Assembly: GCA_965223415.1 (NCBI GenBank)
Contig: OZ245002.1
Coordinates: 4,320,001-4,384,000 of the forward strand
Reading direction: 5' to 3'
Source: Myxococcota bacterium
GTDB taxonomy: Bacteria; Myxococcota_A; UBA9160; UBA6930
DNA length: 64,000 nt
How positions within the stretch are numbered: the first letter of the stretch is position 1; each line of letters opens with the position of its first letter. A model generated the notes under the pieces. The model was not told the origin of the DNA. It searched no databases and saw only the letters and a program-made list of their open reading frames with translations. Below are positions 1 to 9,275 of the stretch, one piece after another. The translations under genes and the position numbers were made by a program.

Positions 1-357
1 CATCGCCAGGATGAACTCGCGCATCCGGGCAGCGGGGTGTGACCACTCCTGGCTGAAACGCTTCGTGATGTGGGGCTTGATCTGCGAGCCCAGGCCGAGG
101 ATGAAGCGGCCCTTCGAGTAGGCCTGGAGGTCGTTGCCGATGTTCGCGAGCACCATCGGGTTGCGGGCGAAGGCCACGGCGATCGACGTCATCAGCTCGA
201 TCTTCTCCGTGTGCTCGGCGGCCAGGAGCAGGGGGAAGAACGGGTCGTTTGCCGTCTCGGCCGTGACCGCGCCGTCGAAGCCCTGGGCTTCGAGCTCGCG
301 GGCGGCTTCGGGCACGCGCGAAAGCTCGGTGGTGATGAGTCCCGCGTCGACCTTCAT
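1..357 (-). CDS. LLM-class (probably F420-dependent) oxidoreductase, 5' part; runs off the window
   Basis: Manual translation: MKVDAGLITTELSRVPEAARELEAQGFDG...AETANDPFFPL...IAVAFARNPM...SKGRFILGLGSQIKPHITKRFS; GAGGAG RBS upstream. Not in the ORF track. Confidence 0.85.
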   Translation of the reverse strand, partial: MKVDAGLITTELSRVPEAARELEAQGFDGAVTAETANDPFFPLLLAAEHTEKIELMTSIAVAFARNPMVLANIGNDLQAYSKGRFILGLGSQIKPHITKRFSQEWSHPAARMREFILAM

Positions 358-423
358 GGCGTCTCCTCTCCTCGGGGGCGGCAGGGGAGGGGCAGGGTAA
401 CCCGCCTCGTGTAGGCTCGCCCC

Positions 424-1599
424 GTGAGCGCACCCCTCGAAGGCCTCCGCGTCGTCGACCTCACCCGCTACCTGGCCGGGCCCTTCTGCACGATGCTGCT
501 CGCCGACTACGGCGCCGACGTGGTGAAGGTGGAGGCGCGGGAGGGGCGGGAGTTCCGCCCCGCCGGCGCCGGCCGCGACACCTACTTCTTCCTCTCCGCC
601 AATCGGGGCAAGCGCTCGGTCACCCTCGACCTGCGCAAGCCGGCCGGCCGCGACGTCCTGCTGCGCCTGCTCGAGGGTGCGGACGTCCTGGTCGAGAACT
701 TCCGGCCCGGGGTGATGGAGCGCCTGGGCCTGGGCGCCGAGGCCCTGCTGGAGCGCTTCCCCCGGCTGGTCTACTGCGGCATATCCGGCTTCGGCCGCAC
801 CGGGCCCTACGCGGAGCGGCCTGGCTTCGACCAGATCGCCCAGGGCATGAGCGGATTCATGAGCCTGACCGGAACCGAGGAGAGCGGGCCGACCCGCGCG
901 GGTATCGCCATCTCGGACCTGCTGGGCGGGCTCTTCGCCGCCCACGGCATCCAGCTCGCGCTGCTCGCCCGGGAGCGCAGCGGCCGCGGCCAGCTCGTCG
1001 ACACCTCGCTTCTCGAGGCGACGATCGGCGTGCTCACCTGGGGCGCCGGCATGCTCTTCGAGAGCGGCCGCGACCCGGCCCCCGCCGGGCAGCACCACCC
1101 GCTCTCGTCCCCCTACGGGCGCTTCCGCGCCCGGGACGGCTACCTGAACCTCGCCGCTGGCAGTGACGCCATGTGGGAGAAGGTCGCCGCCACCCTCGAG
1201 CGCCCGGCCTGGCTCGAAGACGAGCGCTTCCGCGACGTGATCGGCCGGGTGCGCCACCGGGACGCGCTCACTGCCGAGATCGAGGCCGCGCTCGCCCACG
1301 CCGACGTCGCCGAGTGGGTCGAGCGCTTCAATGCCGCCGGCGTGCCCTGCGGTCCGGTACTCTCGGTCGCTCGCGTCTTCGAAGATCCCCACGTCCTCGC
1401 CCGCGGCATGCTCGCCGAGCTGCCCCATCCTGAGATCGGGACCTTCAAGACCACCGGGCTCCCGGTGAAGCTCTCGGAAACGCCGGGTCGGATCGAGCGG
1501 CGTCCGCCCTTGCATGGCGAGCACACCGCCGAGGTGCTTCGCGAAGCAGGATACGATGCGGCGGCGATCGAAGGGCTTCGCGCCCAGGAAGTGATCTAG
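424..1599 (+). CDS. CaiB/BaiF family (class III) CoA transferase
   Basis: PLEGLRVVDLTRYLAGPFC, NRGKRS, ENFRPG motifs. Confidence 0.92.
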   Translation: MSAPLEGLRVVDLTRYLAGPFCTMLLADYGADVVKVEAREGREFRPAGAGRDTYFFLSANRGKRSVTLDLRKPAGRDVLLRLLEGADVLVENFRPGVMERLGLGAEALLERFPRLVYCGISGFGRTGPYAERPGFDQIAQGMSGFMSLTGTEESGPTRAGIAISDLLGGLFAAHGIQLALLARERSGRGQLVDTSLLEATIGVLTWGAGMLFESGRDPAPAGQHHPLSSPYGRFRARDGYLNLAAGSDAMWEKVAATLERPAWLEDERFRDVIGRVRHRDALTAEIEAALAHADVAEWVERFNAAGVPCGPVLSVARVFEDPHVLARGMLAELPHPEIGTFKTTGLPVKLSETPGRIERRPPLHGEHTAEVLREAGYDAAAIEGLRAQEVI

Positions 1600-1667
1600 G
1601 CTCGGCGGTCCTGTGGAAGCAGCCGGTGCCGGCCGACGAACTCGGTACCGTCGAGTAGACTTCCCCG

Positions 1668-2564
1668 ATGGCCGATCACTTCGACTCCGTCTTCCGCCCG
1701 GGCCTCTTCAAGGGGCAGGTGCACCTCGTCACTGGCGGCGGCACCGGCATCGGGAGGTGCATCGCCCACGAGCTCGCCTGCCTGGGGGCCCACGTGGTGA
1801 TCGCGGCGCGCAGGCCCGAGCCCCTCCAGGACACGATCAAGGAGATCGAGCAGGCCGGCGGCGAGGCGAGCTTCAAGCTGATGAACATCCGCGACGACGA
1901 GCAGGTGGACGCCGCCGTCGCGGAGATCGTGGCGGAGCGGGGCCGGCTCGACGGCCTCGTGAACAACGGCGGCGGCCAGTTTCCGTCCCCGGCAGAGGAC
2001 ATCCCCGCGAAGGGCTGGCGCGCGGTCGTGGACACGAACCTGAACGGCACCTTCTGGGTCTCCCAGGCCGCCTTCCGCCATTGGATGGGAGAGCACGGCG
2101 GGGCGATCGTGAACATCGTGGCCGACATGTGGGTGGGCTACCCGGGCATGGCGCACACCGGCGCGGCCCGCGCCGGCGTCGTCAACCTGACGAAGACCCT
2201 CGGCTTCGAGTGGAGCCGCTTCGGCGTGCGCGTGAACGCGGTGGCGCCGGGCGCGATCCTCTCGAGTGGCATGAAGAACTACCCGCCCGACGTGAACCGG
2301 CGCGCGATCGAGGGAAGCCGGGAGATGCCGCCCTCGCGGATGGGCTCCGAGAGCGAGGTCTCCGCGGCCGTGGTGTTCCTGCTCACCCCGGCGGCCGGCT
2401 ACGTCACGGCGGACACGATCCGCGTCGACGGCGGTTCCTCCCTCTACAAGGGCCACTTCACCCCGATCGGGCACCACGATCGGCTGCCGACCTGGGACGG
2501 CTTCCACCTGAGCGCGGAGATTCCGGAGGCGATGCGCGGGGCGAGCGAGGGCGAGAAGAGCTAG
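1668..2564 (+). CDS. SDR oxidoreductase (enoyl-/dienoyl-CoA reductase-like)
   Basis: TGGGTGIG, NNGGGQF, MAHTGAARAGV (no canonical YxxxK). Confidence 0.85.
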   Translation: MADHFDSVFRPGLFKGQVHLVTGGGTGIGRCIAHELACLGAHVVIAARRPEPLQDTIKEIEQAGGEASFKLMNIRDDEQVDAAVAEIVAERGRLDGLVNNGGGQFPSPAEDIPAKGWRAVVDTNLNGTFWVSQAAFRHWMGEHGGAIVNIVADMWVGYPGMAHTGAARAGVVNLTKTLGFEWSRFGVRVNAVAPGAILSSGMKNYPPDVNRRAIEGSREMPPSRMGSESEVSAAVVFLLTPAAGYVTADTIRVDGGSSLYKGHFTPIGHHDRLPTWDGFHLSAEIPEAMRGASEGEKS

Positions 2565-2574
2565 GCCCGCAGCG

Positions 2575-3102
2575 TCAGTCCGCCGGGAGCTCCATCCAGA
2601 AGACGCCGCGCAGCTCGCCCTCGGCGAAGCCCGTGGCGCGGTCGTCCGGGTAGAGCGCCGCCAGGTGCTCGGCGAGCTCCGGCGAAAGCTCGCTGCCGTG
2701 GCAAGAGAGGCAGAGCGCCTGGGTGACGATGGGCTCGACGTAGCCGGTGCGTCCGCCGGGCAGGGCGACCGTTCGCGGCGCGCGGTTGCTCGGATCCGCC
2801 CGGTAGGTGTCGAGGATCGGCAGGGTCCAGGCCGGCGGGGCGTTCGCCGGGTTGCGCAGCCGGTGGCTGGTGCGGCCGACCCGCAGCCCGTCCTCCGCGT
2901 GGGCGGCGGCGATCTCGGGGGCGCGCAGCTGGCAGGCCTCGATCGCGTGGCGCGGGCCCTGGGCCAGGCCCTGCTTCAGGGCGGCTTGCAGGTCGCGCTT
3001 GAAGGGCGCGAGACGCTCCGCAGGAGTGAGGTCGGCGTCTCCGGCGTTCGCCGGGACGGCGGCGAGCAGCAGGGCGGCGGCGAGCGATCGAATCGTATGC
3101 AT
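2575..3102 (-). CDS. Exported heme c-binding protein, DUF3365/Tll0287-like
   Basis: C-terminal part of ORF 2575..4521: signal peptide MHTIRSLAAALLLAAVPANA, RNPANAP, CLSCH, YPDDRATGFAEGELRG. Confidence 0.8.
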   Translation of the reverse strand: MHTIRSLAAALLLAAVPANAGDADLTPAERLAPFKRDLQAALKQGLAQGPRHAIEACQLRAPEIAAAHAEDGLRVGRTSHRLRNPANAPPAWTLPILDTYRADPSNRAPRTVALPGGRTGYVEPIVTQALCLSCHGSELSPELAEHLAALYPDDRATGFAEGELRGVFWMELPAD

Positions 3103-3104
3103 GC

Positions 3105-4316
3105 CTAGCGACGTACCTCGAGAGGGAGCGACTCGAAGCCCCGGATCACCATCGAGCGCAGGCGCTGCGGGGCCTCCGGAGCGGGGGCGATCTCCGAGTA
3201 GCGGTCCAGGAGGGCGTCCAACGCGATGCGTCCTTCCAGTCGCGCGAGGCCGGCGCCCAGGCAGAAGTGCACGCCGAAGCCGAAGCCCAGGTGGCGGCCT
3301 TCGGTGCGCTCCGGGAGGTACTGGTCCGGGTCGGCGAAGGCGGCCGGGTCGCGGTTGGCAGCGCCGAAGGAGAGGATCACGCGGCTTCCCGCCGGGATGT
3401 CGACGCCGGCGACGGTCACGTCGCGGGTCGTCTCCCGGCCCAGGTTCTGGACCGGCCCGTCGAAGCGCACGGTTTCTTCGAGGGCGGCGGGGACCCGACT
3501 GCGGTCCTCCCGAAGCTGCTTCCACAGGTCCGGTCGCGTCGCGAGCAGGTTCAGCTGGTTGCTGATCAGGTTCGTCGTCGTCTCGTTGCCGGCCACGAGC
3601 AGCACGATGAAGAAGCCGTCCAGCTCCGCCTGGCTGAGGCGGCGGCCGTCGATCTCCGCGTGGACGAGAGCCGAGACGAGATCGTCCTTGGGCTCGCGGC
3701 GGCGCTCTTCCGCCAGGCCCCGGAAGTAGTCGACGAGCTCGTGAGCCGACGCCAGCAGCTCCGGCGTCGGGGGCTGCTCGAGCAGGCCCACGAAGGCGTC
3801 GGACCAGCGCCGGAAGTCGTCGCGGTGCTCCGGATCGACGCCGAGCATCTCGGCGATCACGAAGACCGGAAGCGGGATGCTGAGGGCGGGCACCAGGTCG
3901 AAACCGTCGTCGGGGAGTGCGTCCATCCGCTCGCGGGTCAGCTGCCGCACGCGCGGCTCGGCCGCCGCCACGCGCCGGGGCGTGAAGGCCCGGTTCACCA
4001 GGGCCCGGAGCTGGTCGTGGTGGGGCGGGTCGGTGGCGGGCAGGGCGGGCAGGTTGGCGAGCCCGCCTCCCCGCGGTGCCGGGCCGGCGGCGCTGCTGAA
4101 GGTGGCCGGGTCCTTGAGGGCCTCGAGCACGTCGTCGAAGCGCGTCAGCACATAGGCGCCGTAGCGCGGCTCCCGGTACACCGGCGCGTCGCGGCGCAGC
4201 CGCGCGTAGGCCGGAAAGGGATCCTCCTGGAACTCGGCGGAGAAGACGTCGACGTCCACCTCCGGAGCATCGCCGATCGCGCGGGCCTTGCGCCACACGC
4301 GGTATGCTGCCGCCAT
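3105..4316 (-). CDS. Cytochrome P450 (true start may be the GTG at 4259)
   Basis: AGNETT I-helix, EETVR (ExxR), HLGFGFGVHFCLG heme motif. Confidence 0.95.
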   Translation of the reverse strand: MAAAYRVWRKARAIGDAPEVDVDVFSAEFQEDPFPAYARLRRDAPVYREPRYGAYVLTRFDDVLEALKDPATFSSAAGPAPRGGGLANLPALPATDPPHHDQLRALVNRAFTPRRVAAAEPRVRQLTRERMDALPDDGFDLVPALSIPLPVFVIAEMLGVDPEHRDDFRRWSDAFVGLLEQPPTPELLASAHELVDYFRGLAEERRREPKDDLVSALVHAEIDGRRLSQAELDGFFIVLLVAGNETTTNLISNQLNLLATRPDLWKQLREDRSRVPAALEETVRFDGPVQNLGRETTRDVTVAGVDIPAGSRVILSFGAANRDPAAFADPDQYLPERTEGRHLGFGFGVHFCLGAGLARLEGRIALDALLDRYSEIAPAPEAPQRLRSMVIRGFESLPLEVRR

Positions 4317-4345
4317 GTCGAGGAACCCCGGGTGAGCACGGCCGC

Positions 4346-5185
4346 GTGAAGTTCGGTGTCACCCTCGGCGCGCTCCACCCGGGCCTGCACCGGGACGTGG
4401 CGGTGTTCGCGGACCAGCTGGGCTTCGAGTCCGTCTGGATGCCGGAGCATCTGGTGTTTCCCCTCGACATGTCCGGCTCGCCACACCCGGGCTCGGACCA
4501 GCCGCCGGTGCCGCCGACCACGCCGGTCTATGACGCCTTCGGCTGGCTGTGCTGGCTGGCGGGGCAGACCGAGCGCATCCGTCTCGGGACGAACGTCTAC
4601 CTGCTCGGCATCCGGCACCCGTTCACCGCGGCGAGGGCGGTGCAGACCCTCGACGTGGTGTCGGACGGGCGGGCGGAGATCGGCATCGGGGCGGGCTGGC
4701 TGCGCCAGGAGTGGACGGCGACGGGGCTCGACCCGCGCACCCGGGGGCGTCGCCTGGACGAGGCGCTGGCCGTCTGCAAGCGGCTCTGGAGCGAGCCGGA
4801 GATCGAGCACCGCGGCGAGTTCTTCTCCTTCGGGGCGGTGGCCTTCGAACCCAAGCCGGTGCAGAAGCCCTGGCCGCCGCTCCACGGAGGTGGCGAGTCC
4901 GATGCGGCCCTGCGCCGCGCTGCGCACCACTGTGACGGCTGGATGGGTCTCGGTCACACCTTCGAGTCCGCACCGGCGCTGATCGCGCGCCTGCGCGAGC
5001 TGCGCCGGGAGCTCGAGCTCGAGGGAGAACCCTTCGAGATCAGCCTCGGCGGCCGGGTCGAGGGGCCCGGCGACGTCGAGCGCTGGGCCGAGCTCGGCGT
5101 GGACCGGCTGATGATCGCTCCCTGGCGCCGCTCCCGGGAGGCGATCGACGGGCTGAAACACTTCGCCGAGCAGGTGGGTGCCTAG
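4346..5185 (+). CDS. LLM-class (probably F420-dependent) oxidoreductase, Rv2161c-like
   Basis: GTG start giving MKFGV..., GFESVWMPEH, IGIGAGWLRQEW, PKPVQKPWPP, GGESDAALRRAA. Confidence 0.85.
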   Translation: MKFGVTLGALHPGLHRDVAVFADQLGFESVWMPEHLVFPLDMSGSPHPGSDQPPVPPTTPVYDAFGWLCWLAGQTERIRLGTNVYLLGIRHPFTAARAVQTLDVVSDGRAEIGIGAGWLRQEWTATGLDPRTRGRRLDEALAVCKRLWSEPEIEHRGEFFSFGAVAFEPKPVQKPWPPLHGGGESDAALRRAAHHCDGWMGLGHTFESAPALIARLRELRRELELEGEPFEISLGGRVEGPGDVERWAELGVDRLMIAPWRRSREAIDGLKHFAEQVGA

Positions 5186-5242
5186 CATGGGCTACGCCCC
5201 CACTGGTCCGGTGCGGAATTCGTTCGACACGAGGAGGAGACC

Positions 5243-6490
5243 GTGGGTTCCCTGAGCATGGCCGACCGCTACCAGCGCCCCGACTGGGTGCGCCGTCTGA
5301 TCGCCATGGGCGACGCCGTGGGAGGGCGCGTCGAAGGTGCGCGCGGGCTCGTGCCCTTCTCGGCCGAGACGATGCTCGAGGACGCCGCGCGCTCGGTCGG
5401 CGGCGGGAGCTTCGGCGACCTGGGCGATCCGGGCTGGCAGGCCCGCTTCGAGGAGCTGGTCGAGATCGTCGACCGGGCGCCGCTCCACGTGGTGGGGCGC
5501 CTGATCACGAAGCAGGAGCTACTGCGCGCACTGCGCAGCCGCCTGCTCCTGGCGCGGGCCCTCGATCGCGAGCCCAAGGTCGCCGAGGAGCGCATCGAGG
5601 CGCCGCTGCTCGTGACGGGGCCGGCCCGCTCCGGCACGTCGATCACCTTCGAGCTGCTCTGGCTCGACCCGAGCGTGCGGGCGCCCCTCGCCTGGGAGGC
5701 GCTCCATCCGGTGCCGTCCGACGGGCTGGCCGGCGAGGGCGAGCGGCTGGCCGCGAGCGAGTGCGAGCAGGAGCTCTGGGCCGACGTCCAGCCGGAGTTC
5801 GCCGCCATCCACGAGCTGCGCTCGGACCTGCCGGTGGAGTGCGTGACCCTCACCGCCTCCTGCTTCGCCGGGCCTCACTGGCCCATGGTCGTGCCCGCGG
5901 CGGCCGCGGTGATGGACGTCGGCGTCTTCTACGACTTCCACCGCCGGATCCTGCAGGCGCTCCAGCACGGCAAGGAGCCGCAGACATGGCTGCTGAAGAC
6001 GCCGTCGCACCTGACCACCATCGACGCGCTGCTCGCCACCTACCCGGATTGCTGGGTGGTGCAGACCCACCGCGACCCGGCCAAGACCATGCCCTCGACG
6101 GTGAGCACGACGGCGATGCTCCACTGGATGCGCACGGACGAGGTGGACATCGCGACGCTCGGTACGGCGGTGGACGCCGCCTTCGCCGGTGCCCTGAACT
6201 CGGTTGCCGAGCGCCGGGCGAGCGGCGACCTGCCCGATCGATTCGTCGACGTCCACTTCACCGAGCTGTTGAAGGACCCGGTGGAGACGCTGCGCCGGGC
6301 CTACGACAAGATGGAGCGCCCCTTCACCGAGGACTACGCCCGGAGCATCCGCGACTACCTGGCCGAGAAGCCCAAGGGGAAGTTCGGCACGCACAAGTAC
6401 ACTCCGGAGGAGTGGGGCTTCGAGGCGGCCGATCTTCGCGGCCGCCTCGCGCCCTACATCGATCACTTCGACGTCACCCTGGAGGATTGA
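5243..6490 (+). CDS. Sulfotransferase family protein
   Basis: 5'-PSB GPARSGTS, WLLKTPSH, 3'-PB THRDP..TMPS. Confidence 0.85.
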   Translation: MGSLSMADRYQRPDWVRRLIAMGDAVGGRVEGARGLVPFSAETMLEDAARSVGGGSFGDLGDPGWQARFEELVEIVDRAPLHVVGRLITKQELLRALRSRLLLARALDREPKVAEERIEAPLLVTGPARSGTSITFELLWLDPSVRAPLAWEALHPVPSDGLAGEGERLAASECEQELWADVQPEFAAIHELRSDLPVECVTLTASCFAGPHWPMVVPAAAAVMDVGVFYDFHRRILQALQHGKEPQTWLLKTPSHLTTIDALLATYPDCWVVQTHRDPAKTMPSTVSTTAMLHWMRTDEVDIATLGTAVDAAFAGALNSVAERRASGDLPDRFVDVHFTELLKDPVETLRRAYDKMERPFTEDYARSIRDYLAEKPKGKFGTHKYTPEEWGFEAADLRGRLAPYIDHFDVTLED

Positions 6491-6493
6491 GCC

Positions 6494-7327
6494 ATGACCG
6501 CCCGCCAGCTGGACCTGGGAACCGACCACGTCCTCGCCGAGATCGAGGACCGGGTCGCGACGATCACCCTGAACCGGCCCGAGCGCCGCAACGCGCTCAG
6601 CAACGACATGCTCCAGGGCCTCGACCAGGCTCTTCAGGAGGCGGAGCGCGACCCGGAGGTGGGCTGCGTGGTGCTGACCGGAGCCGGCAAGGGCTTCTGC
6701 GCGGGCGGCGACGTCAAGGCCATGGACGAGGCGAACCAGGGGGGCGGCGGCGGAGGGGGCGGCGGCATCGATGCGGCCATCGCGCGGCAGCGGCTCTCCC
6801 AGCGCGCCACCTCGGGCAAGGTCTACACCATGCCCAAGCCGGTGCTGGCCTCGCTGCCCGGCGCGGCGGCCGGGGCGGGCTTCTCCCTCGCCATGGCCTG
6901 CGACCTCCGGATCGCGTCCGAAGCCGCCGTGCTGACGACCGCCTTCGGCAACGTCGGCTTCAGCGGCGATTACGGCGGCACCTTCTTCCTCACCCAGCTG
7001 GTCGGCTCCGCCAAGGCCCGCGAGCTCTACTTCCTGCCGGATCGGATCGACGCGGCGGAGGCCCAGCGTCTCGGGCTCGTCAACTGGGTCGTCCCCGCGG
7101 AGAAGCTCGCCGACGAGACCCGGGCCATCGCCTCACGGCTCGCCCACGGCCCCAGCGTCGCCTACCGCTACATGAAGGAGAACCTGAACCGCGCCGTCGG
7201 CGGCGACATGGGCGATTGCCTCGACCTGGAGGCCACCCACCACGTGCATACCGGCTTCACCGAAGACCACCGCAACGCCGTCCGCGCTTTCGTGGAGAAG
7301 AAGACCCCGGTCTTCAAGGGCCGCTAG
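6494..7327 (+). CDS. Enoyl-CoA hydratase/isomerase
   Basis: LNRPERRNAL, FCAGGD, AAGAGFSLAMACD. Confidence 0.92.
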   Translation: MTARQLDLGTDHVLAEIEDRVATITLNRPERRNALSNDMLQGLDQALQEAERDPEVGCVVLTGAGKGFCAGGDVKAMDEANQGGGGGGGGGIDAAIARQRLSQRATSGKVYTMPKPVLASLPGAAAGAGFSLAMACDLRIASEAAVLTTAFGNVGFSGDYGGTFFLTQLVGSAKARELYFLPDRIDAAEAQRLGLVNWVVPAEKLADETRAIASRLAHGPSVAYRYMKENLNRAVGGDMGDCLDLEATHHVHTGFTEDHRNAVRAFVEKKTPVFKGR

Positions 7328-7345
7328 CCCAAGCCCACCCACGGC

Positions 7346-7392
7346 AACGCAACAAACGGAACCGGCCCCTAACGCAACATCTAACGCAACAG
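7346..7392. repeat. Three copies of AACGCAACA, two of them as CTAACGCAACA
   Basis: Copies at 7346-7354, 7369-7379 and 7381-7391; CTAACGCAACAG recurs at 23598-23609. Confidence 0.8.
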
Positions 7393-8316
7393 CGTGGTGT
7401 TCCAGAAGGTGGCGGCGTCGGTGAAGGCCTGGCGGCGGGCGGGCCAGTGGCCGCCGATGTGGGCGCCGCGGATGTTGGCCTTCTCGAAGCTGGACCTGCG
7501 CTGCGAGGGCTCGCCGATGGGGTGGCGGGTGCCGTCGGAGGCCGTGAAGAACATGGCGCCGTCGGCGGCGAGGGTCAGGGTCTTGCGGCCGAGGCGGACG
7601 GCGTCGGGGAGCCAGGCGAGGGGCTCGACCGAGTCGAAGGAGTGGTGGCCGTCCGGGTAGGCGCAGATCTCGATCTCGCCGCCGCCCGCGCGCACGTCCT
7701 CGGCCAGGCCTTCCACGAAGTGGAGCGGCGTGTAGTCGTCGGCGGCGCCGTGGAGCACGCGGATCGGCGCCGGGCTCCAGCGCCTCTCCTCCGGCCGCAC
7801 GTGGGCGGCCGGATAGACCGGGAGGTGGGCTGCGAAGCGCGGCCCTTCCGGGCCGACCAGGGCCTCGCGCAGGGGCTCGTGGGCCGCGTAGAGGGCCACG
7901 GTGCCGCCCAGGCTCCAGCCGGTGATGCCGATGCGCGACGGGTCGATCCCCGGATGGGTCACGAGCTTCTGCAACGCGCGGTAGGCGTCGGTGAGCAGCA
8001 TGGCGGCGGTGACGGCCATCTGGTCCTCGACGATGCTCTGCACCTGCCGCGCCTCGAAGCTGTGCACGCGGAAGACGGCGATGCCCTGCTCGAGGGCGCG
8101 CACCATGTGCTCGTGATGGTGACCGCGCCAGCCCATGGAGCCGTGGCAGGCGACGATCGCCGGCGCCGGGCTCGGCGCGTGCTCGGGCCACAGCAGCCAT
8201 CCGAAGAGGCGCTGGGGCGGCGCCTGGTCGATGCCGCGCAGGATGTGGGTGAACTCGAAGGGGTTCGCGGAGCGGTAGGCGACGAGGCCCACGCCTCCGT
8301 CCGAGAGATCGCTCAT
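7381..8316 (-). CDS. Dienelactone hydrolase-like alpha/beta hydrolase
   Basis: GWSLGG nucleophile motif, HGAADD, YPDGHHSFD. Confidence 0.82.
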   Translation of the reverse strand: MSDLSDGGVGLVAYRSANPFEFTHILRGIDQAPPQRLFGWLLWPEHAPSPAPAIVACHGSMGWRGHHHEHMVRALEQGIAVFRVHSFEARQVQSIVEDQMAVTAAMLLTDAYRALQKLVTHPGIDPSRIGITGWSLGGTVALYAAHEPLREALVGPEGPRFAAHLPVYPAAHVRPEERRWSPAPIRVLHGAADDYTPLHFVEGLAEDVRAGGGEIEICAYPDGHHSFDSVEPLAWLPDAVRLGRKTLTLAADGAMFFTASDGTRHPIGEPSQRRSSFEKANIRGAHIGGHWPARRQAFTDAATFWNTTLLR

Positions 8317-8325
8317 CGGCCCGCC

Positions 8326-9225
8326 TCAGCCTTCGTCCGGCTCGACCAGGAAGCCCTTCTCGTCGCGGATCTCCGGCCCCCGAACGCGGGCGCGCCCGTC
8401 ACCGAACTTCTCGTCGCGCTCCCGGAAGGCCGCGCTGAGGCCCTTCTCCGCCACGGCCTTGAAGTACTCGCGGGTCGCGGGTGCCCGGTGGCCGCGGGCG
8501 TCGTTCTCCGCCGCGAGCCGCTGGAGCGTCTGGGCGCCCATCAGCTCCATGGCCATGTTGATGATGCGCTTGTTCGCGGAGAGGAGATCCGGGTCGATCA
8601 GCGCCATGCGGTCGGCGAGGCCCTCCACCTCCTGCTCGAGGTACCGGGGCGGCACGGACTTGAGGACGAGGCCGATCTCCGCTGCCTCCGCCCCGGTGAC
8701 CGTGTCGCCCGTCAGGTTCAGCCGCTTCGCCCACTGGGGGCCGCAGTGGTAGACCCAGAGGTTGTTGGGCAAGGCGCCCAGGTTGCGCGCCGGCGGGAAG
8801 CCGATGCGCGCGTCGTCCGCCGCGATCACCATGTCGCAGGCCAGGGCCAGGTCCGTCCCGCCGGCCAGGCAGGCGCCGTGCACCTGGGCGATCGAGGGCT
8901 TGTGCATGTCCCAGAGCGCGCGGATGCGCCGGTTGTTGCGCTCGAGGCCCCAGATGTCGTCGTCGATCGTGCGCCCGGTGCGGCGCGGCACGTCGTCGTC
9001 GTGCTTGCGGCGGCCCGCTCCGGCGAGGTCGTAGCCCGCGCAGAAGGCCTTGCCCGCGCCGCGCAGGATCACGCAGTGCACGCGGGTGTCCTCGTCGGCC
9101 TGCCAGCAGGCGTGCTCCAGCTCGTCGAGCAGCTGGTCCGCCAGGGCGTTGCGCTTCTCGGGGCGGTTCAGGGTGATGCGCGCCCGCCCGTCAAGGGCTT
9201 CGTAGAGGATGTACTCGTAGTCCAT
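8326..9225 (-). CDS. Crotonase/enoyl-CoA hydratase family protein
   Basis: LNRPEKRNAL, FCAGYDL, CLAGGTDLALACD. Confidence 0.9.
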   Translation of the reverse strand: MDYEYILYEALDGRARITLNRPEKRNALADQLLDELEHACWQADEDTRVHCVILRGAGKAFCAGYDLAGAGRRKHDDDVPRRTGRTIDDDIWGLERNNRRIRALWDMHKPSIAQVHGACLAGGTDLALACDMVIAADDARIGFPPARNLGALPNNLWVYHCGPQWAKRLNLTGDTVTGAEAAEIGLVLKSVPPRYLEQEVEGLADRMALIDPDLLSANKRIINMAMELMGAQTLQRLAAENDARGHRAPATREYFKAVAEKGLSAAFRERDEKFGDGRARVRGPEIRDEKGFLVEPDEG

Positions 9226-9275
9226 GGGCGCAGTCTAACGCGGGCGGAATCGGGCCTGCGATAGACTGCGACCCC

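Noticed and set aside
6739..6766. Poly-Gly tract in the enoyl-CoA hydratase
   Set aside because: In-frame low-complexity loop with mixed codons; no sign of phase variation
7369..7392. Integron attC (GTTAGAT matches the GTTRRRY core)
   Set aside because: No complementary RYYYAAC...GTTRRRY hairpin and no integrase in the window
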